DNA of 63,348 nt, counting the filler, from Octopus bimaculoides (taxonomy: Eukaryota): the NCBI RefSeq assembly GCF_001194135.2. It is 6 parts of 6 records of this genome, joined end to end, with 100 filler letters (N's around TTAATTAATTAA, not from the genome) between each part and the next. Parts side by side here need not be neighbours in the genome. Positions count along the whole stretch, not along the records: positions 34,732 to 50,818 come from NC_069006.1; positions 50,919 to 54,433 come from NC_068990.1; 4 more parts are not named here. One strand, written 5' to 3'. Positions within the stretch are counted from its first letter, which is position 1; each line of letters opens with the position of its first letter. The position numbers and the translations under genes are program-made. The notes under the pieces were generated by a model, which saw nothing but the letters and a program-made list of their open reading frames with translations, had not been told where the DNA came from and made no database searches. This document shows, in pieces, positions 39,678 through 53,386 of the stretch.

Positions 39678-42600
39678 AAAAATATATATACATTCATATA
39701 TGTTGTTACAAATATATACATCCATACGCCATATACACATATAAAGACAAAGACATACAGACAGATAGACAGACATAGCTAGATAGATAGATAGAAAAAA
39801 ACAGATAGATAGATAGATAGATAGATATATAGACAGATAGATATATAGATAGACAGACACAGATAGATAGGTAAGAGACAGATTAGACATTAAGTAGAGG
39901 ACTGGACATAGACAGATAGATAAGAGATAGATAGAGGGAGAGAGGAAAACATTTGAATGAAGTGGTTGGCGGGGATGGTGATATAGATGTAATCATAATG
40001 AAAAGAAAAAAGTGAATGCGACGAAAGAAAATGAATAATGGCAGATCGAAAAAGGTTGTAGAAAAAAAAGAGAAGAGAAATATGCCGTGGAGGAGGGAGG
40101 TTCCAGACAGAGGAGTAAGAGAAGTTTGAGGGTAGAGGGGTTTTTTTTGTTAGTACTGCGTAGAATAACAAGCAAGACTGTAGTTAAGAAGCTTGCTTTG
40201 CAACCACGTGGTTTCAGGTTCAGTCCCATTGCATGACTGAGTGACGTCTCTTCTGCTATAACCTTGAAATGACCAATACCTTGCGTATAGATTTGGTAGA
40301 TGGAAACTGTATGGAAGCTCATCATATGCATATATATATATATATATATGCACCAGGTGGTGCCATTAAGTTAGACATGGCCTGGGCCTATACTGGCCGA
40401 AACATATCAAAGTTATATATATATAATTCAATAAGAAGTTGTCTTAGCCTCATGAAGGAATGGTGTCATCCAAGGAAATACTGGTTCGAAACCTAATATT
40501 CTTTTGGGGATGGGGGGAGATTAATATCCATAAAATAATAGGTTTATATGTAAACCATGGTTTACAAAATGAAAAATAAGAATAAGAAAATGGAGATATT
40601 GAAGTTAATAAGAGTTTATTATCAGCAAAAAATCGATCATTTTCCCTTACAGATGTTTCATTTAAGTTGAGTGAAGTTAGATAAATATTAAAATCATATT
40701 TCTGAGGATAATCTCTTCAGAGGGAGAAAAATATATACCCTTAGATATTTTGTGCGTTAGTTTGTAGAATAATCACGGCAGACTGAATAATACTGTCTAT
40801 GATTAATAATGGTATATGCATAGGAGTGGGGGTTACAGGTTGGGTACGTTTTGGTTATGTCACCCCTTTAAAAAATTGCCTTTAGAAAATTGCCATTAAA
40901 AAGTTGGGTTATCTCCCCACTAAAATACAGAGTTTATGTGGGGACAAGAGATTGGCTTTAATGGGTTAGATCTTTTTAATTCAGTACTTCAACACTTTGT
41001 TGACTTTTGGCTTCCTCAATAGGAATGGTATGGTTTGTTATAAAAATATTATCAAATTCAATCTTTTCGCTTTTCAATTCTTTACTCTTTTACTTGTTTC
41101 AGTCATTTGACTGCGGCCATGCTGGAGCACCGCCTTTAGTCGAGCAAATCAACCCCAGGAGTTATTCTTTGTAAGCCTAGTACTTATTCTATCGGTCTCT
41201 TTGCCGANNNNNNNNNNNNNNNNNNNNNNNNNNNNNNNNNNNNNNNNNNNNNNNNNNNNNNNNNNNNNNNNNNNNNNNNNNNNNNNNNNNNNNNNNNNNN
41301 NNNNNNNNNNNNNNNNNNNNNNNNNNNNNNNNNNNNNNNNNNNNNNNNNNNNNNNNNNNNNNNNNNNNNNNNNNNNNNNNNNNNNNNNNNNNNNNNNNNN
41401 NNNNNNNNNNNNNNNNNNNNNNNNNNNNNNNNNNNNNNNNNNNNNNNNNNNNNNNNNNNNNNNNNNNNNNNNNNNNNNNNNNNNNNNNNNNNNNNNNNNN
41501 NNNNNNNNNNNNNNNNNNNNNNNNNNNNNNNNNNNNNNNNNNNNNNNNNNNNNNNNNNNNNNNNNNNNNNNNNNNNNNNNNNNNNNNNNNNNNNNNNNNN
41601 NNNNNNNNNNNNNNNNNNNNNNNNNNNNNNNNNNNNNNNNNNNNNNNNNNNNNNNNNNNNNNNNNNNNNNNNNNNNNNNNNNNNNNNNNNNNNNNNNNNN
41701 NNNNNNNNNNNNNNNNNNNNNNNNNNNNNNNNNNNNNNNNNNNNNNNNNNNNNNNNNNNNNNNNNNNNNNNNNNNNNNNNNNNNNNNNNNNNNNNNNNNN
41801 NNNNNTATATATATATATATATATATATATGCATACATATATATGTGCGTGTGTGTGTGTTTGTGTCTGTGTTTGTCCCCCACCATCGCTTGACATCCGA
41901 TGGTGGCGTGCCTACGGCCCCGTAACTTAGAGGTTCGGCAAAAGAGACCAATAGAATAAGTACTAGGCTTACACAGAATAATTCCTGGGGTCGATTTGCT
42001 CGACTAAAGATGGTGCTCCAACACGGCCGCAGTCAAATGACTGCAACAAATAAAAGAATAAAAAGGAAAACTGAAAAAATTTACTGAATTTGATAATATT
42101 CTAATAACAAATCATGGAATGCCTATTGAGGAGGCCAAAAGTCACAATTGTGTTGAAGAATTGAATCAAAAGGATCTCTTTTAATCCAATCTCTTGTCAC
42201 CACATTAGCTCGATTTTTTAATGAGGTAACCCAACTTTTTAATGGCAATTTTTTAATGGGTGTGATTTAAACAAAAAGTACCAAACACACTCACGTACAC
42301 ATAAGCACAATGTAAATACGCACACACACAATACCGACACAAATACATACACACAAACACACTCACGTACACATAAGCACAATGTAAATACACGCACACA
42401 TAATACCTACACACATACAGACAAATACCGTCACAATCACCCATCTGTACACCCCTACTCCGCCCCCATACACACAAACGTTGTTGAAGTTGGTGGGAAA
42501 GGATGTCTTGGGTTATTCTATTGATTACAGGTGACTATTACTTAAGATAAATTTCAAATCTTCGTCCAAAACACTTTGGTTATGCAACTCAACAAATAGC

Positions 42601-43381
42601 TCGGCTGTGACCTTTACAACTTGGCTTTCTCTCTCTCTCTCTCTCTCTCCCTATCTCTCTCTAACTAAATAAACAATCAACAAAACGCGCTTTATTTACG
42701 GGATAGACTTAATGAAACTCGATCAATAATAAACAGATTAGAAAATGTATGCGAGATGACGAAAATACAACGAGAAAAAAAAAAAAAAATTTCCTAGATT
42801 CGGCATAACTATACTACTGGGCCCCACTGAATTTGTTTCCTCGTAACTTTCAGAAAAATGGGTATTTTTTAATCAAATTTTCTACAAATAAGCGCTGATG
42901 TGGCTGTGTAGTAAAAAGCATTGCTTCCGAGCCACATAGTTCTGAGTTCAGTCCCACTGCGTGACACCTTGGGCAGGTGTCTTCTACTATAGCCTCAGGC
43001 CGACCAAGGCCTTCTGAGTGGATTTGGTAGATGGAAACTGAAAGAAGTCCGTTGTATATACGTATGCGTGTGTGTGTGTTTGTCTCCGTGTTGTCCATCA
43101 CCACCACCGCTCGACGACCAGTGCTGGTTGTAACTTAGCAGTTCAGTAGAAGAAACCAATAGAATAACTACCAGGCTTTAAAAAAAATAGTACTGGAGGC
43201 GAAACATTCAATTAAAAATAGTTCGAGGCTCCAGCATAGCCACAGTCTAATGACTGAAAAAAGTAAACTGTAAAAGACACACACACACATACATACTGAA
43301 ACACATCACACATGTATAGAGGCATACCTACATAAATGTGCCCCTCCCTATTTTGTTTCTTTATAATTTCCAGGGAAATGA

Positions 43382-44021
43382 ATGTCTTCTAATGAAATTT
43401 TCTTCAAAAGTTCTACAGATGTGGCACGTTCTGATTATATCAGAATTTGTTGCAAAAAAGGATTGATCCTATCAACGGAATAGCCTGTTCATGAAACTAA
43501 CATGCAAATGGATGAGAAACCAACCCCAGGACTTATTCTTTGTAAGCTTAGTATTTATTCTATAGGTCTCTTTTGTCAAACTGCTAAGTTACAGGGATGT
43601 AAATACACCATCATCAGTTGACAAGCAATGGTGGTGGGAGGCAAACACAGACACACATACATAAAATTATACACACACACGCACATATATATAGACACAC
43701 ACACACACATACAAAATGGCCTTCTTTCAGTTTTCGTCTAACAAATCCACTCACAAGGCTTTGGTCAGCTCAAAACTATTGTAAAAGATACTTGCCCAAA
43801 GTGCCATGCAGTGGGACTGACCCCGGAACATCAATGTCTTAGAAAATTTCATAAAAAAAAGTACTCGTTTTTCAAAAAGTTATGAGAAAACAAAACTGAC
43901 TTGTGTGAATTTTCTGAAATTATTCACCCTCAACACAGAAACATGTTTTGCAATAAATGCCAATATAACCAGAATGTACAGCATCTGTAGAATTTATGAA
44001 GAAAATTTCATTAGAAGACAT
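43382..44021. mobile_element. MITE with ~60-80-bp inverted repeats, interrupted by a family A SINE
   Basis: ATGTCTTCTAATGAAATTTTCTTCA...TATAT (43382-43440) vs the reverse complement of 43963-44021. SINE nested at ~43520-43835. Confidence 0.85.
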
Positions 44022-44584
44022 CCACTGTAAGACATCTACAGACATGTGTACCCTTAATGTAGTTCTCAGGGAGATTCAGCATGGCACAATGTGACAAAGC
44101 TGGCCCTTTGAAATACAGGTACTGCTCATTTTTGCTGGACGGGTAGACTGGAGAAAGGTGAAATAAAGTGCTTTGCTGAACACATGTCACTGGAAATTGA
44201 ACTCACATCCTTAGACTTGTGAGCCGAATATTGTAAGCACTAAGCCATATGCCTTCACATAGGAGAGCTATACCCTGATAAAAAAAACAGTATGATAAGT
44301 GTCACAAAAAAAAAAACAGCATGATGAACATCTATCGTTTATATTTTGGATTTCATACAATTAGTCATTAGACTGAGGCCATACTGGGGCACCGCCTTGA
44401 ATTTTTAGTCAAAATAATCAGCCAAGTACTTATTTTTTAAGCCTGGTACTTATTTTATCAGCCTCTTTTGCCAAACAGCTAAGTTACAGGGATGCAAACA
44501 CACCAACACTAATTGTCAAGTGGTGGGGTTGGGGAACAATCACAAACAGAAAGACACATTCATAGACTGATACACATACATATA

Positions 44585-44922
44585 CAGGGCGCGGCATAAA
44601 GATCTCCCACATTGTGAATTTATATAAAAAGAGAACACAACCACCTAGGAAAGCATTTATTATGTTTCTGAAAAGTACATACAAAACAGTTTATTTTAAA
44701 AGCTGTATTAGGCAAATGGTGGCTATTGTTAGCAGTATATTTATGTAGTCATTTCCAGAACTTCTCCATGACACAGTGTCTCAGGTGGTATTGCGTTGAT
44801 TTCCTTACAAATCTTTTCTTTCAAATGCTCATGAGTTCGAGACAATGTCGGAAAACTTCTTTCTTTTGCTATTCCAAAAGGAAAAAGTCACAAGGGCTTA
44901 AATCTGGTGACCTTGCCGCACT
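44585..44922 (-). mobile_element. Tc1/mariner-superfamily transposase C-terminus and end (rosa/DD41D-like motif)
   Basis: ARSPDLSPCDFFL...EHLKEKICKEINAIPPETL. TA-CAGGG terminal motif at ~44583-44590. Confidence 0.75.
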
Positions 44923-47104
44923 AGAGTAGCTAGCCAAGTGGCTATTCCATGTGTGACTCTTCCATGTGTGACTCTTCCATTTGCCGCCTCTGGACCCTAC
45001 AAAAAACACATATTGCCTACATCAGACTCAAAAGTGGTGCTCCTTTAAAAGTACCGGCCCTACTGCCACCCCTATCTACACTAGTGCCTTGCCGGCCACC
45101 CGATGTGTCCCCTCACAGTTTTTGAGTAATTAATACTGAATACAAAAATAGTAGATCTTAGCCTTCCAAATGAAACCTATCCTGCTTCTCTACCTCTACT
45201 TATGTCCACACGGTGTATATATGTGTCTCTTCCAAATGTGGGAGATCTTTATGTCCCACCCTGTAACCATTTTGTTACCATATTTGTTGGCGTTAGGAAG
45301 GGCATCCAGCTGTAGAAACTCTGCCAAATCAGATTGGAGCCTGGTGTAGCTATCTGGTTTCACCAGTCCTGAGTCAAATCGTCCAACCCATGCTAGCATG
45401 GAAAGCGGACGTTATACGATGATGATGATGATGATGATGATATATATATATATATAAATTCTTAAATATACTCAAATACCCAAAATTTCAAGGAGTTCCT
45501 GCCTTAAAAACAGGAACTAAACCACAGTTATTTTGTGTTCTTTGCTACATTGGTTTCTATTAACCCATTTATTCTATCAGAAGAATTTTTATTCATTGAG
45601 ATAGAAGAAATACACATAATNNNNNNNNNNNNNNNNNNNNNNNNNNNNNNNNNNNNNNNNNNNNNNNNNNNNNNNNNNNNNNNNNNNNNNNNNNNNNNNN
45701 NGGAGGACATCTCCTCCAGCTGGCTATCGACACACATCTGTGCCCTGTCTGTATTTGCCAAGGGAAGTTATCCTTCCCATCTTGATCTACGATACGTACG
45801 TACTCGAGTTTCAGGGTTATTTCCCTTCTTCAGCGTACGACAATCGCCGACCTTCGATGCAAAAGACATCCCTTGGCAAATATATGTAACTTTCTCCAGT
45901 GAAATTATTCACTGATATCGAAAAAGTGAAAACAAGCAATGTTAAATCTCTGAACGAGGTATTAACAGTAACTGCACGATAAAGTGAAGTATATTTGCCA
46001 CTTAAATCTGGCTGACCCCGAAGGGTGGATATATATATATATATATATATAATGGACTTCTCTCAGTTTCCATCAACCAAATCCTCTCACAAGGCTTTGT
46101 TTAATCTGAGGCTATAGTAGAAGATACTTGCCCAAGGTGCAACACAGTGGGACTGAACCCAGAACCATGTGGTTTGGAAACAAGCTTCTTACCACACATC
46201 CACGCCTGCACCTATCAAAATCCTTTAATCTTGTAAGTGCTTAGGGTCTCCATGGAGCTTAATCAGGTGTTAGATGGGGATCAATGGTTTTAGCTAAAGT
46301 CTGTGCCACCCAAGGTAGACTCTGAGTTTGCAAGGCACTCCACCTTTCACCCAGGGCCCCCCAGCCTATACGGCTTTGTACTGTAGACCCAAATGTGCCA
46401 CTCTTATAAAAACATCACCCAAGTGGAAACTGATCCCTAATCCTCACCCCCACATGAATATGCTACCAGTGCTTGTCTATGTGTTTTGTAGGCCCAACCT
46501 GATTGTTGAAACTGAACATTTGTACAAGAGTGGTTCTACTACAAGATGACTGAACTGATAGATGACTGTACAGAGAGATGACTATTGATTAATGACTGTA
46601 CAAGAGTGTAGACCAAAATATTAATCACCCACTGGAACAGTCAGCTACCACTTCAATAACTAAATGTGTGCTAGGCACAGACATGGCTGTGTGTTAAGAG
46701 AAGTTTGCTTCCTAACCACATGGTTCTAGGTTCAGTCCCACCGTGTGACACCTTGAGCAAATGTCTTCTACAACAGCCTTGGACCAAACAGTCTTGAGAG
46801 TGGATTTGGTAGATGGAAACTGAAAGAAGCCCATTGTATATGTATATGTATACGTGTGTGTGTTGCTTTCTGTCTTTGTTTGTCCCCCACCACGGCTTTA
46901 CAACTGATGCTGGTGTGCTTACATCCCTGTAACTTAGCAGTTTGGTACAGGAGACTGATAGAGTAAGTGCCAAGCTTTCAAAAATAAGTTCTGGGGTCGA
47001 AACATTCAACTAAAATTTCAAGGCGGTGCTCCAGCATGGCCGCAGTCAAATGACTGAAACAAGTAAAAGATAAAACATACAAATAATGTGTATTCTATAA
47101 AAAA

Positions 47105-47545
47105 AAATATCTATTTCTTTATTGCCCACAGGGGTGGGGAGGCTAAACATAGAGGGGACAAAAAAAGGACAGAGAAAAGGATTAAGTCGATTATATCAAC
47201 TCCAGTGCGTAACTGGTACTTATTTAATCAAACCCAAAAGGATGAAAGGCAAAGTCAACCTCAGCAGAATTTGAACTCAGAATGTAATGGCAGATGAAAT
47301 ACCACTAGGCATTTCACCTGGCGTGCTAATGTTTCTTATTTCTTTATTGCCCACAAGGGGCTAAACATAAAGGGGACAAACAAGGACAGAAAAAGGGATT
47401 AAGTCGATTACATTGACCCCAGTGCATAACTGGTACTTAATTTATCGACTCCGAAACGGTAAAAGGCAAAGTTGACCGTGGCAGAATTTGAACTCAGAAC
47501 GTAACGGCAGACAAAGTGCTAACGTTTCTGCCAGCTCACCGCCTT
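47105..47545 (-). mobile_element. Two tandem family B SINEs
   Basis: Repeated TTTCTTTATTGCCCAC...GGATTAAGTCGATTA...CTGGTACTT...GAATTTGAACTCAGAA. Confidence 0.9.
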
Positions 47546-48150
47546 CTATAAAAATGATATTGAGCAATTCTTCAGTTTAATGTTGAATTGTTTTTCTTAC
47601 AACGCCACAAACTTTGTCTTTCATCTTTTCTGGGGACTGTTGAAACTAGTACTAGCTTAATACTGAGGTTGATGTAATGGGCTAACTGCCTCCCTCTAAA
47701 TTTCAGGCCATGTGTGTATGACAAGTCCCTTAAACCTTTCGGGTCATTGGGGCGCTGTGGGGTGAGAAAGCCTGGCGGAGCCCATCCCTCTCCAGGCTAA
47801 ACTCATTTCTACAGCTGAGTAGACCAGAGCAACATGAAATGAAGTGTTTTGCTCAAGAACACAATGCATCGCCTGGTCCAAGAACTGAAATCACAATCTT
47901 ACAATCATGAGTCCAACACCCTTACCACTAAGCCACATGCTTCCTTATAATTCAATATAAAAACAAAAATAAATAAATATATATATATAAATTTAGGTGC
48001 AGATGTGGGTGTGTGGTAAGAAGCTTGCTTCCCAACCACATGATTCTGGGTTCAGTTCCATTGAGTCGCAGCTTGGGCAAGTGTCTTCTACTATAGCCTT
48101 GGGTTGACCAAACCCTTGTGAGCGCCAACAGGGGGCCCTGCATACAAGCT

Positions 48151-49462
48151 CAAGTAGTGGACACTATTCTTTTATTCTTTTACTTGTTTCAGTCATCTTG
48201 ACTGCGGCCATGTTGGAGCACCGCCTTTAGTTGAAGAAATCGACCCCAGAACTTATTCTTTGTAAGCTTAGTACTTATTCTATCGGTCTCTTTTGCTGAA
48301 CTGCTATATTATGGGGACGCAAACACACCAGCATTGGTTGTCAAGCGATGGTGGAGCGACAAATGCAGATGCACAAATACACACACACACGATGGGCTTC
48401 TTTCAGTTTCCATCTACCAAATCCACTCACGAGGCTTTGGTCAGCTCGAGGCTACAGTAACAGACTTGCCAAGGTGCCACGCAGTGGGACTGAACCCGGA
48501 ACCATGTTGTTGGTAAGCAAGCTACTTACCACACAGCCACTCGGGGAACCCCAATCCCTCAATACTTTTTGACTGGGACTGGCATGAAACATCAATCTTC
48601 AGCTTTTGTGGAGTTGAGGGCCCCACTGACAATTCTTTAATTGGGCCCTGTACTTCCTAGCGCCAGCCCTGGGTACAAAATGTAGAGAAACCAAGTAGTG
48701 GACACTATTCTTTTATTCTTTTACTTGTTTCAGTCATCTTGACTGCGGCCATGTTGGAGCACCGCCTTTAGTTGAAGAAATCGNNNNNNNNNNTTCTTTC
48801 AGTTTCCGTCTACCAAATCTACTCACAAGGCTTTGGTCAGCTCGAGGCTACAGTAACAGACTTGCCAAGGTGCCACACAGTAGGACTGAACCTGGAACCA
48901 TGTGATTGGGAAGCAAACTTCTTACCACACAGCCGCTCCTGTGCCTTTTCTTTTATTCTTTTACTTGTTTCAGTCATTTGACTGCAGGCATGCTGGAGCA
49001 CTGCCTTTAATCAAGCAAATCGACCCCAGGATTTATTCTTTATAACCCTAGTACTTATTCTATCGGTCTCCTTTGCTGAACTGCTAAGTTACAGGGACAT
49101 AAATGCACCAGTTGTCAAGTGATGTTGGGGAGACAAACACAAACATATACATACATACGGGCTTCTTTCAGTTTCCATCTACCAAATTCACTCACGAGGC
49201 TTTGGTCAGCCCGAGGCAATAGTAGAAGACACTTGCCCAAGGTGCCACGCAGTGGGACTGAACCCGGAACCATGTTGTTGGTAAGCAAGCTACTTACCAC
49301 ACAGCCACTCGGGGAACCCCAATCCCTCAATACTTTTTGACTGGGACTGGCATGAAACATCAATCTTCAGCTTTTGTGGAGTTGAGGGCCCCACTGACAA
49401 TTCTTTAATTGGGCCCTGTACTTCCTAGCGCCAGCCCTGGGTACAAAATGTAGAGAAACCAA
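48151..49462. repeat. Local tandem duplication of a SINE plus unique segment
   Basis: 48151-48243 is repeated at 48692-48783. ~48470-48694 is repeated at ~49238-49462. Confidence 0.9.
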
Positions 49463-49832
49463 AGATAATTGAAGAGTTCTTTGACACTTGGTCACCCAAA
49501 GATGCACATGTTTACAGGTATTGTTGGATCATATTAATACAATATTGAGTATATAGGTGTGGGTGTGTCTGTGTGGTAAGAAGCTTGCTTCCTAACCACA
49601 TGGTTCTGGGTTTAGGCCCACTGCATGGCAACTTGGGCAAGTGTCTTCTGCTATAGCCGACCAAAGCCTCGTGAGTAGATTTGATAGATGGAAACTGAAA
49701 GAAGCCCATCGCATGTATAAGTATATATATATATATATAGTGAATTCAAACAAAGGAGAACAAACAAGAAAAAACAATAACGTGAGGGCGTGGTACTGTA
49801 TTATCAGACGCTCAGGAAAGAATGGAAAGAGG

Positions 49833-49867
49833 ATTTAATGTTTTGAGCCAAGCTCTTGTTCAGAAAT
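49833..49867 (-). ncRNA. Decayed minimal type I hammerhead in a PLE pseudo-LTR-like fragment (~49740-49955)
   Basis: AUUU-CUGAACA-A-GAGC-uug-GCUC-AAAA-CAUU-AAAU. Three changes from a functional core, two of them CpG-type. Confidence 0.5.
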
Positions 49868-50349
49868 AGAGGAAAATTCAAAGGAAGGGAAGATGGAGGA
49901 AGAAAATCGCCAACAATACACACACGGTTACATTTTAAAATGACCGGAACGGAATGGGTGAAGAATAAGGTAATTCTAAAACAGGAGAGTGTAAGAGAAG
50001 GAGATATGCGTGTGTATGTGTGCATGCGCGTAGATCTGTGTGCGTGTGTGTGTGCTTTTGGCTGTTTATATGTGTGTGTGAGTGGATTTTGTGTGGCTTA
50101 ATGTCGTAGGAAGAATTTACAGTAGGAATTTTAGGTAGGAGTGGCTTTATTTATATCTATGTGTGTGTGTCCTTGTGTCTGTGTTCCCCCCATGCCCACC
50201 ACTGCTTCACAACCAGTGTTGGTGTGTTTGCATCCCTGTAACTTAGCGGCTCGGCAAAAGAGACCAATAGAATAAGTATCAGACTAAAAAAGTCAAGGTG
50301 GTGCGCCAGCATGGCCACACCTAATGACCAAAACAAGTAAAAGATAATA

Positions 50350-50535
50350 TACGTGGGAATGCTGAAAAGTTCCTGGCTTTAAGGATATCGCAGAAGGCCC
50401 GATTGGAGGCTCAACCTTCCAAGTTCTTTCACAGGGCTTACAAAAACTGAAGGACTACTGCAATAAGTGTGTGAACCTGAGAGGGGAATATGTTGAATAA
50501 AATCATAAATAACTGATCCTCCTGTATTTTCTTTT
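50350..50535 (+). mobile_element. Mariner-derived non-autonomous fragment
   Basis: TA-CG.GGG.ATGCTGAAAAGTTCCTGGC TIR-like start followed by GLQKLKDYCNKCVNLRGEYVE*, the mariner C-terminal motif. Confidence 0.75.
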
Positions 50536-50539
50536 ACCG

Positions 50540-50816
50540 AATCCTTGTGTGACTGTGTCAAGTCCTCATTAAAGGCCTGTGATATGCAGGACACTGACTG
50601 GGTGAACAATGCCTGTCATTGCCACAGATGGAGGAAGCAGGTTAAGGAGGGGATCGACACTTTTGAGAGAGCACGTATCCAGCATGAAGAACTTAAGCGA
50701 GCTGCGCGAAAGCACACGGCTCGTATAGTGAATGGGGAAATCTTGTTTGCAGTCGTGTATGCTTGTCAAGAGCAGGGCTCATTAGCCACCAACGGAGCCG
50801 CAAATGCAAAATATAA
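50540..50816 (+). mobile_element. RTE LINE ORF C-terminus with C2H2-like finger
   Basis: DCVKSSLKAC...W...A...RWRKQVKEG, then after a frameshift CSRVC..RAGLISHQR. Confidence 0.8.
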
Positions 50817-50918
50817 GTNNNNNNNNNNNNNNNNNNNNNNNNNNNNNNNNNNNNNNNNNNNNTTAATTAATTAANNNNNNNNNNNNNNNNNNNNNNNNNN
50901 NNNNNNNNNNNNNNNNNN

Positions 50919-50968
<50 letters not shown>

Positions 50969-52667
50969 CAGAGGTACATCAAAGGACAATATTTTTGTTG
51001 CTGGTCATAGAAACATAAACAAAAAATAAAAATAAAAAATGAGCAGATGCGATAGAATAATGATAATAATTTATAACAATATCTTTTCATCAGTTTCTGG
51101 CAATATTTGGAAACACTAAGTTATACAGAACAATCTAACAAAAGGTCGAAAGATGCTTTCACGATAGACTAGCCAAAACGTTGTCTCTGGCAGCAGCTTG
51201 GCAACGTTCACAATGTTTTTCATGTACACAATATAAGTCATAGTGATATGTGCGTGTATGTGTTGTGCGCGCACGTGTGTATGCGTGCGTGCATGCGTGC
51301 ATGTGTGTGTGTACGTACGTATGTCCATGCATACGGCTATATATGTATACATGTATGTGTTATATATATATATATATACACACACATATATATATGTATA
51401 TGTATATGTGTATTATTTACCAACATTTACTGTTTTACACACATTCCTACACTCACGCGTTTTTACATTTGTATGTGTACAGGAATGTCTACATATGTAT
51501 ATATNNNNNNNNNNNNNNNNNNNNNNNNNNNNNNNNNNNNNNNNNNNNNNNNNNNNNNNNNNNNNNNNNNNNNNNNNNNNNNNNNNNNNNNNNNNNNNNN
51601 NNNNNNNNNNNNNNNNNNNNNNNNNNNNNNNNNNNNNNNNNNNNNNNNNNNNNNNNNNNNNNNNNNNNNNNNNNNNNNNNNNNNNNNNNNNNNNNNNNNN
51701 NNNNNNNNNNNNNNNNNNNNNNNNNNNNNNNNNNNNNNNNNNNNNNNNNNNNNNNNNNNNNNNNNNNNNNNNNNNNNNNNNNNNNNNNNNNNNNNNNNNN
51801 NNNNNNNNNNNNNNNNNNNNNNNNNNNNNNNNATATATATATATATATATATATATAATTATATCTTTATATATGTATTTTCTCACATATACATACATCC
51901 ATATATATATATATATATATGCATATGTGTGTTTGTATATGTGTGTGTGTGTGTGTATGTGTGTGTATGTATGTTTGTTTGTATGAATATATGAATTTAT
52001 ATATGTATGTACATTTAGATAGATATAGATTGATGGATATGTATATCCATGTATTAATACATATTCACGTGCGAACATATGTAAATGCTTGTGTGTACGT
52101 GTGTGTATGTCTGTGTGTGTGTGTGTGTGTGTGTGTCTGTGTGTCTGTGTTTACCACATGCTTATTACCTTATTGATTTTACAACAGATTTTTTTCATCG
52201 ACATATATACGGATGTCTCACTCTCTCACCCATTTCCTTACACACGCTGACACAGACAGACAGACGGCCACATGGACTCAGAGATAGACAGACGGACACA
52301 CACACATACCTACACGCACGAACATGTTTTTGACAAGGACGTGCATAAGCGTAAATGCATGAATATGTTTCTGTGTATTTGTGTGTGTGTATGTGTGTGT
52401 ATGCCCGCGTTTATATATACATGTGCAGCATGCACTCATTTTGTTTGAATCAATTCATTTATGCGTTATATATTTTTATTGACATATCGTATGCACTTTT
52501 GTCAATATTGGACACAAAGATAGTTATTTATACGTAGATACGGACATATACATATGTACATGTATTGTAAGCATACGTATGTATATAATTACATTATTCA
52601 GTATACGTGTATATGAATGAATGCATGTATGTCCGTTTGTATGTATGTATTTATTTACGTATGCATG

Positions 52668-52702
<35 letters not shown>

Positions 52703-52734
52703 ATCCATCTATCTATCCATCTGTCTATCTATCT

Positions 52735-52970
52735 TATTTCTTTACTGCCCACAAGGGGCTATACACAGAGGGGACAAACAAGGACAGACAAACGGATTAA
52801 GTCGATTATATCGACCCCAGTGCGTAACTGGTACTTATTCAATCGACCCCGAAAGGATGAAAGGCAAAGTCGACCTCGGCGGAATTTGAACTCAAAACGT
52901 AGCGGCAGACGAAATACCGCTAAGCATTTCGCCCGGCGTGCTAACGATTCTGCCAGCTCACCGCCACCTC
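52735..52970 (-). mobile_element. Family B SINE, near-consensus copy; another at ~54590-54790
   Basis: Full head-to-tail match to the family, with CpGs retained. Confidence 0.9.
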
Positions 52971-53040
<70 letters not shown>

Positions 53041-53149
53041 GCTGTTTTTCTATCTTCTTGATATTGTATTTCCTATACTGTAATGAAACGTGTAACAAAG
53101 AATTAAAAAAATGCCTAATTTTCTACTCCATGTTTTAATATATACTTAC

Positions 53150-53255
53150 TGTGTAAACATGATTTACCAGAACTTCCAACTAGTATGTCTACCTCATTCA
53201 AAATAAAACATTTAATAGCATTTCTTTGATTACTGAAACGTGCAGATGTGCTTCT
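53150..53255 (-). CDS. Exon 4 (106 nt, phase 0 to 1) of an unidentified host gene with tandem PLAT-like modules
   Basis: Acceptor GTCTCCTAG, donor A|GTAAGT. Open frame RSTSARFSNQRNAIKCFILNEVDILVGSSGKSCLH. CFILNE resembles CIFLNH in exon 2. Confidence 0.6.
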
Positions 53256-53352
53256 CTAGGAGACGGCTTGGCTTATAGCTCCTGTTATATTATTCACTAT
53301 ATGTATATGCATATACATGTATGTGAGCGCGTTTGTATACAAAATATGCAGA

Positions 53353-53386
<34 letters not shown>

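Noticed and set aside
40360-40412. GGCC...GGCC-GAAACATATC resembling a PLE hammerhead 3' half
   Set aside because: The CUGANGA core is absent and there is no stem I.
40700-40730. Minus-strand CTGAAGAG...CTCAGAAA
   Set aside because: Stem II is out of register and there is no cleavage-site or stem I pairing.
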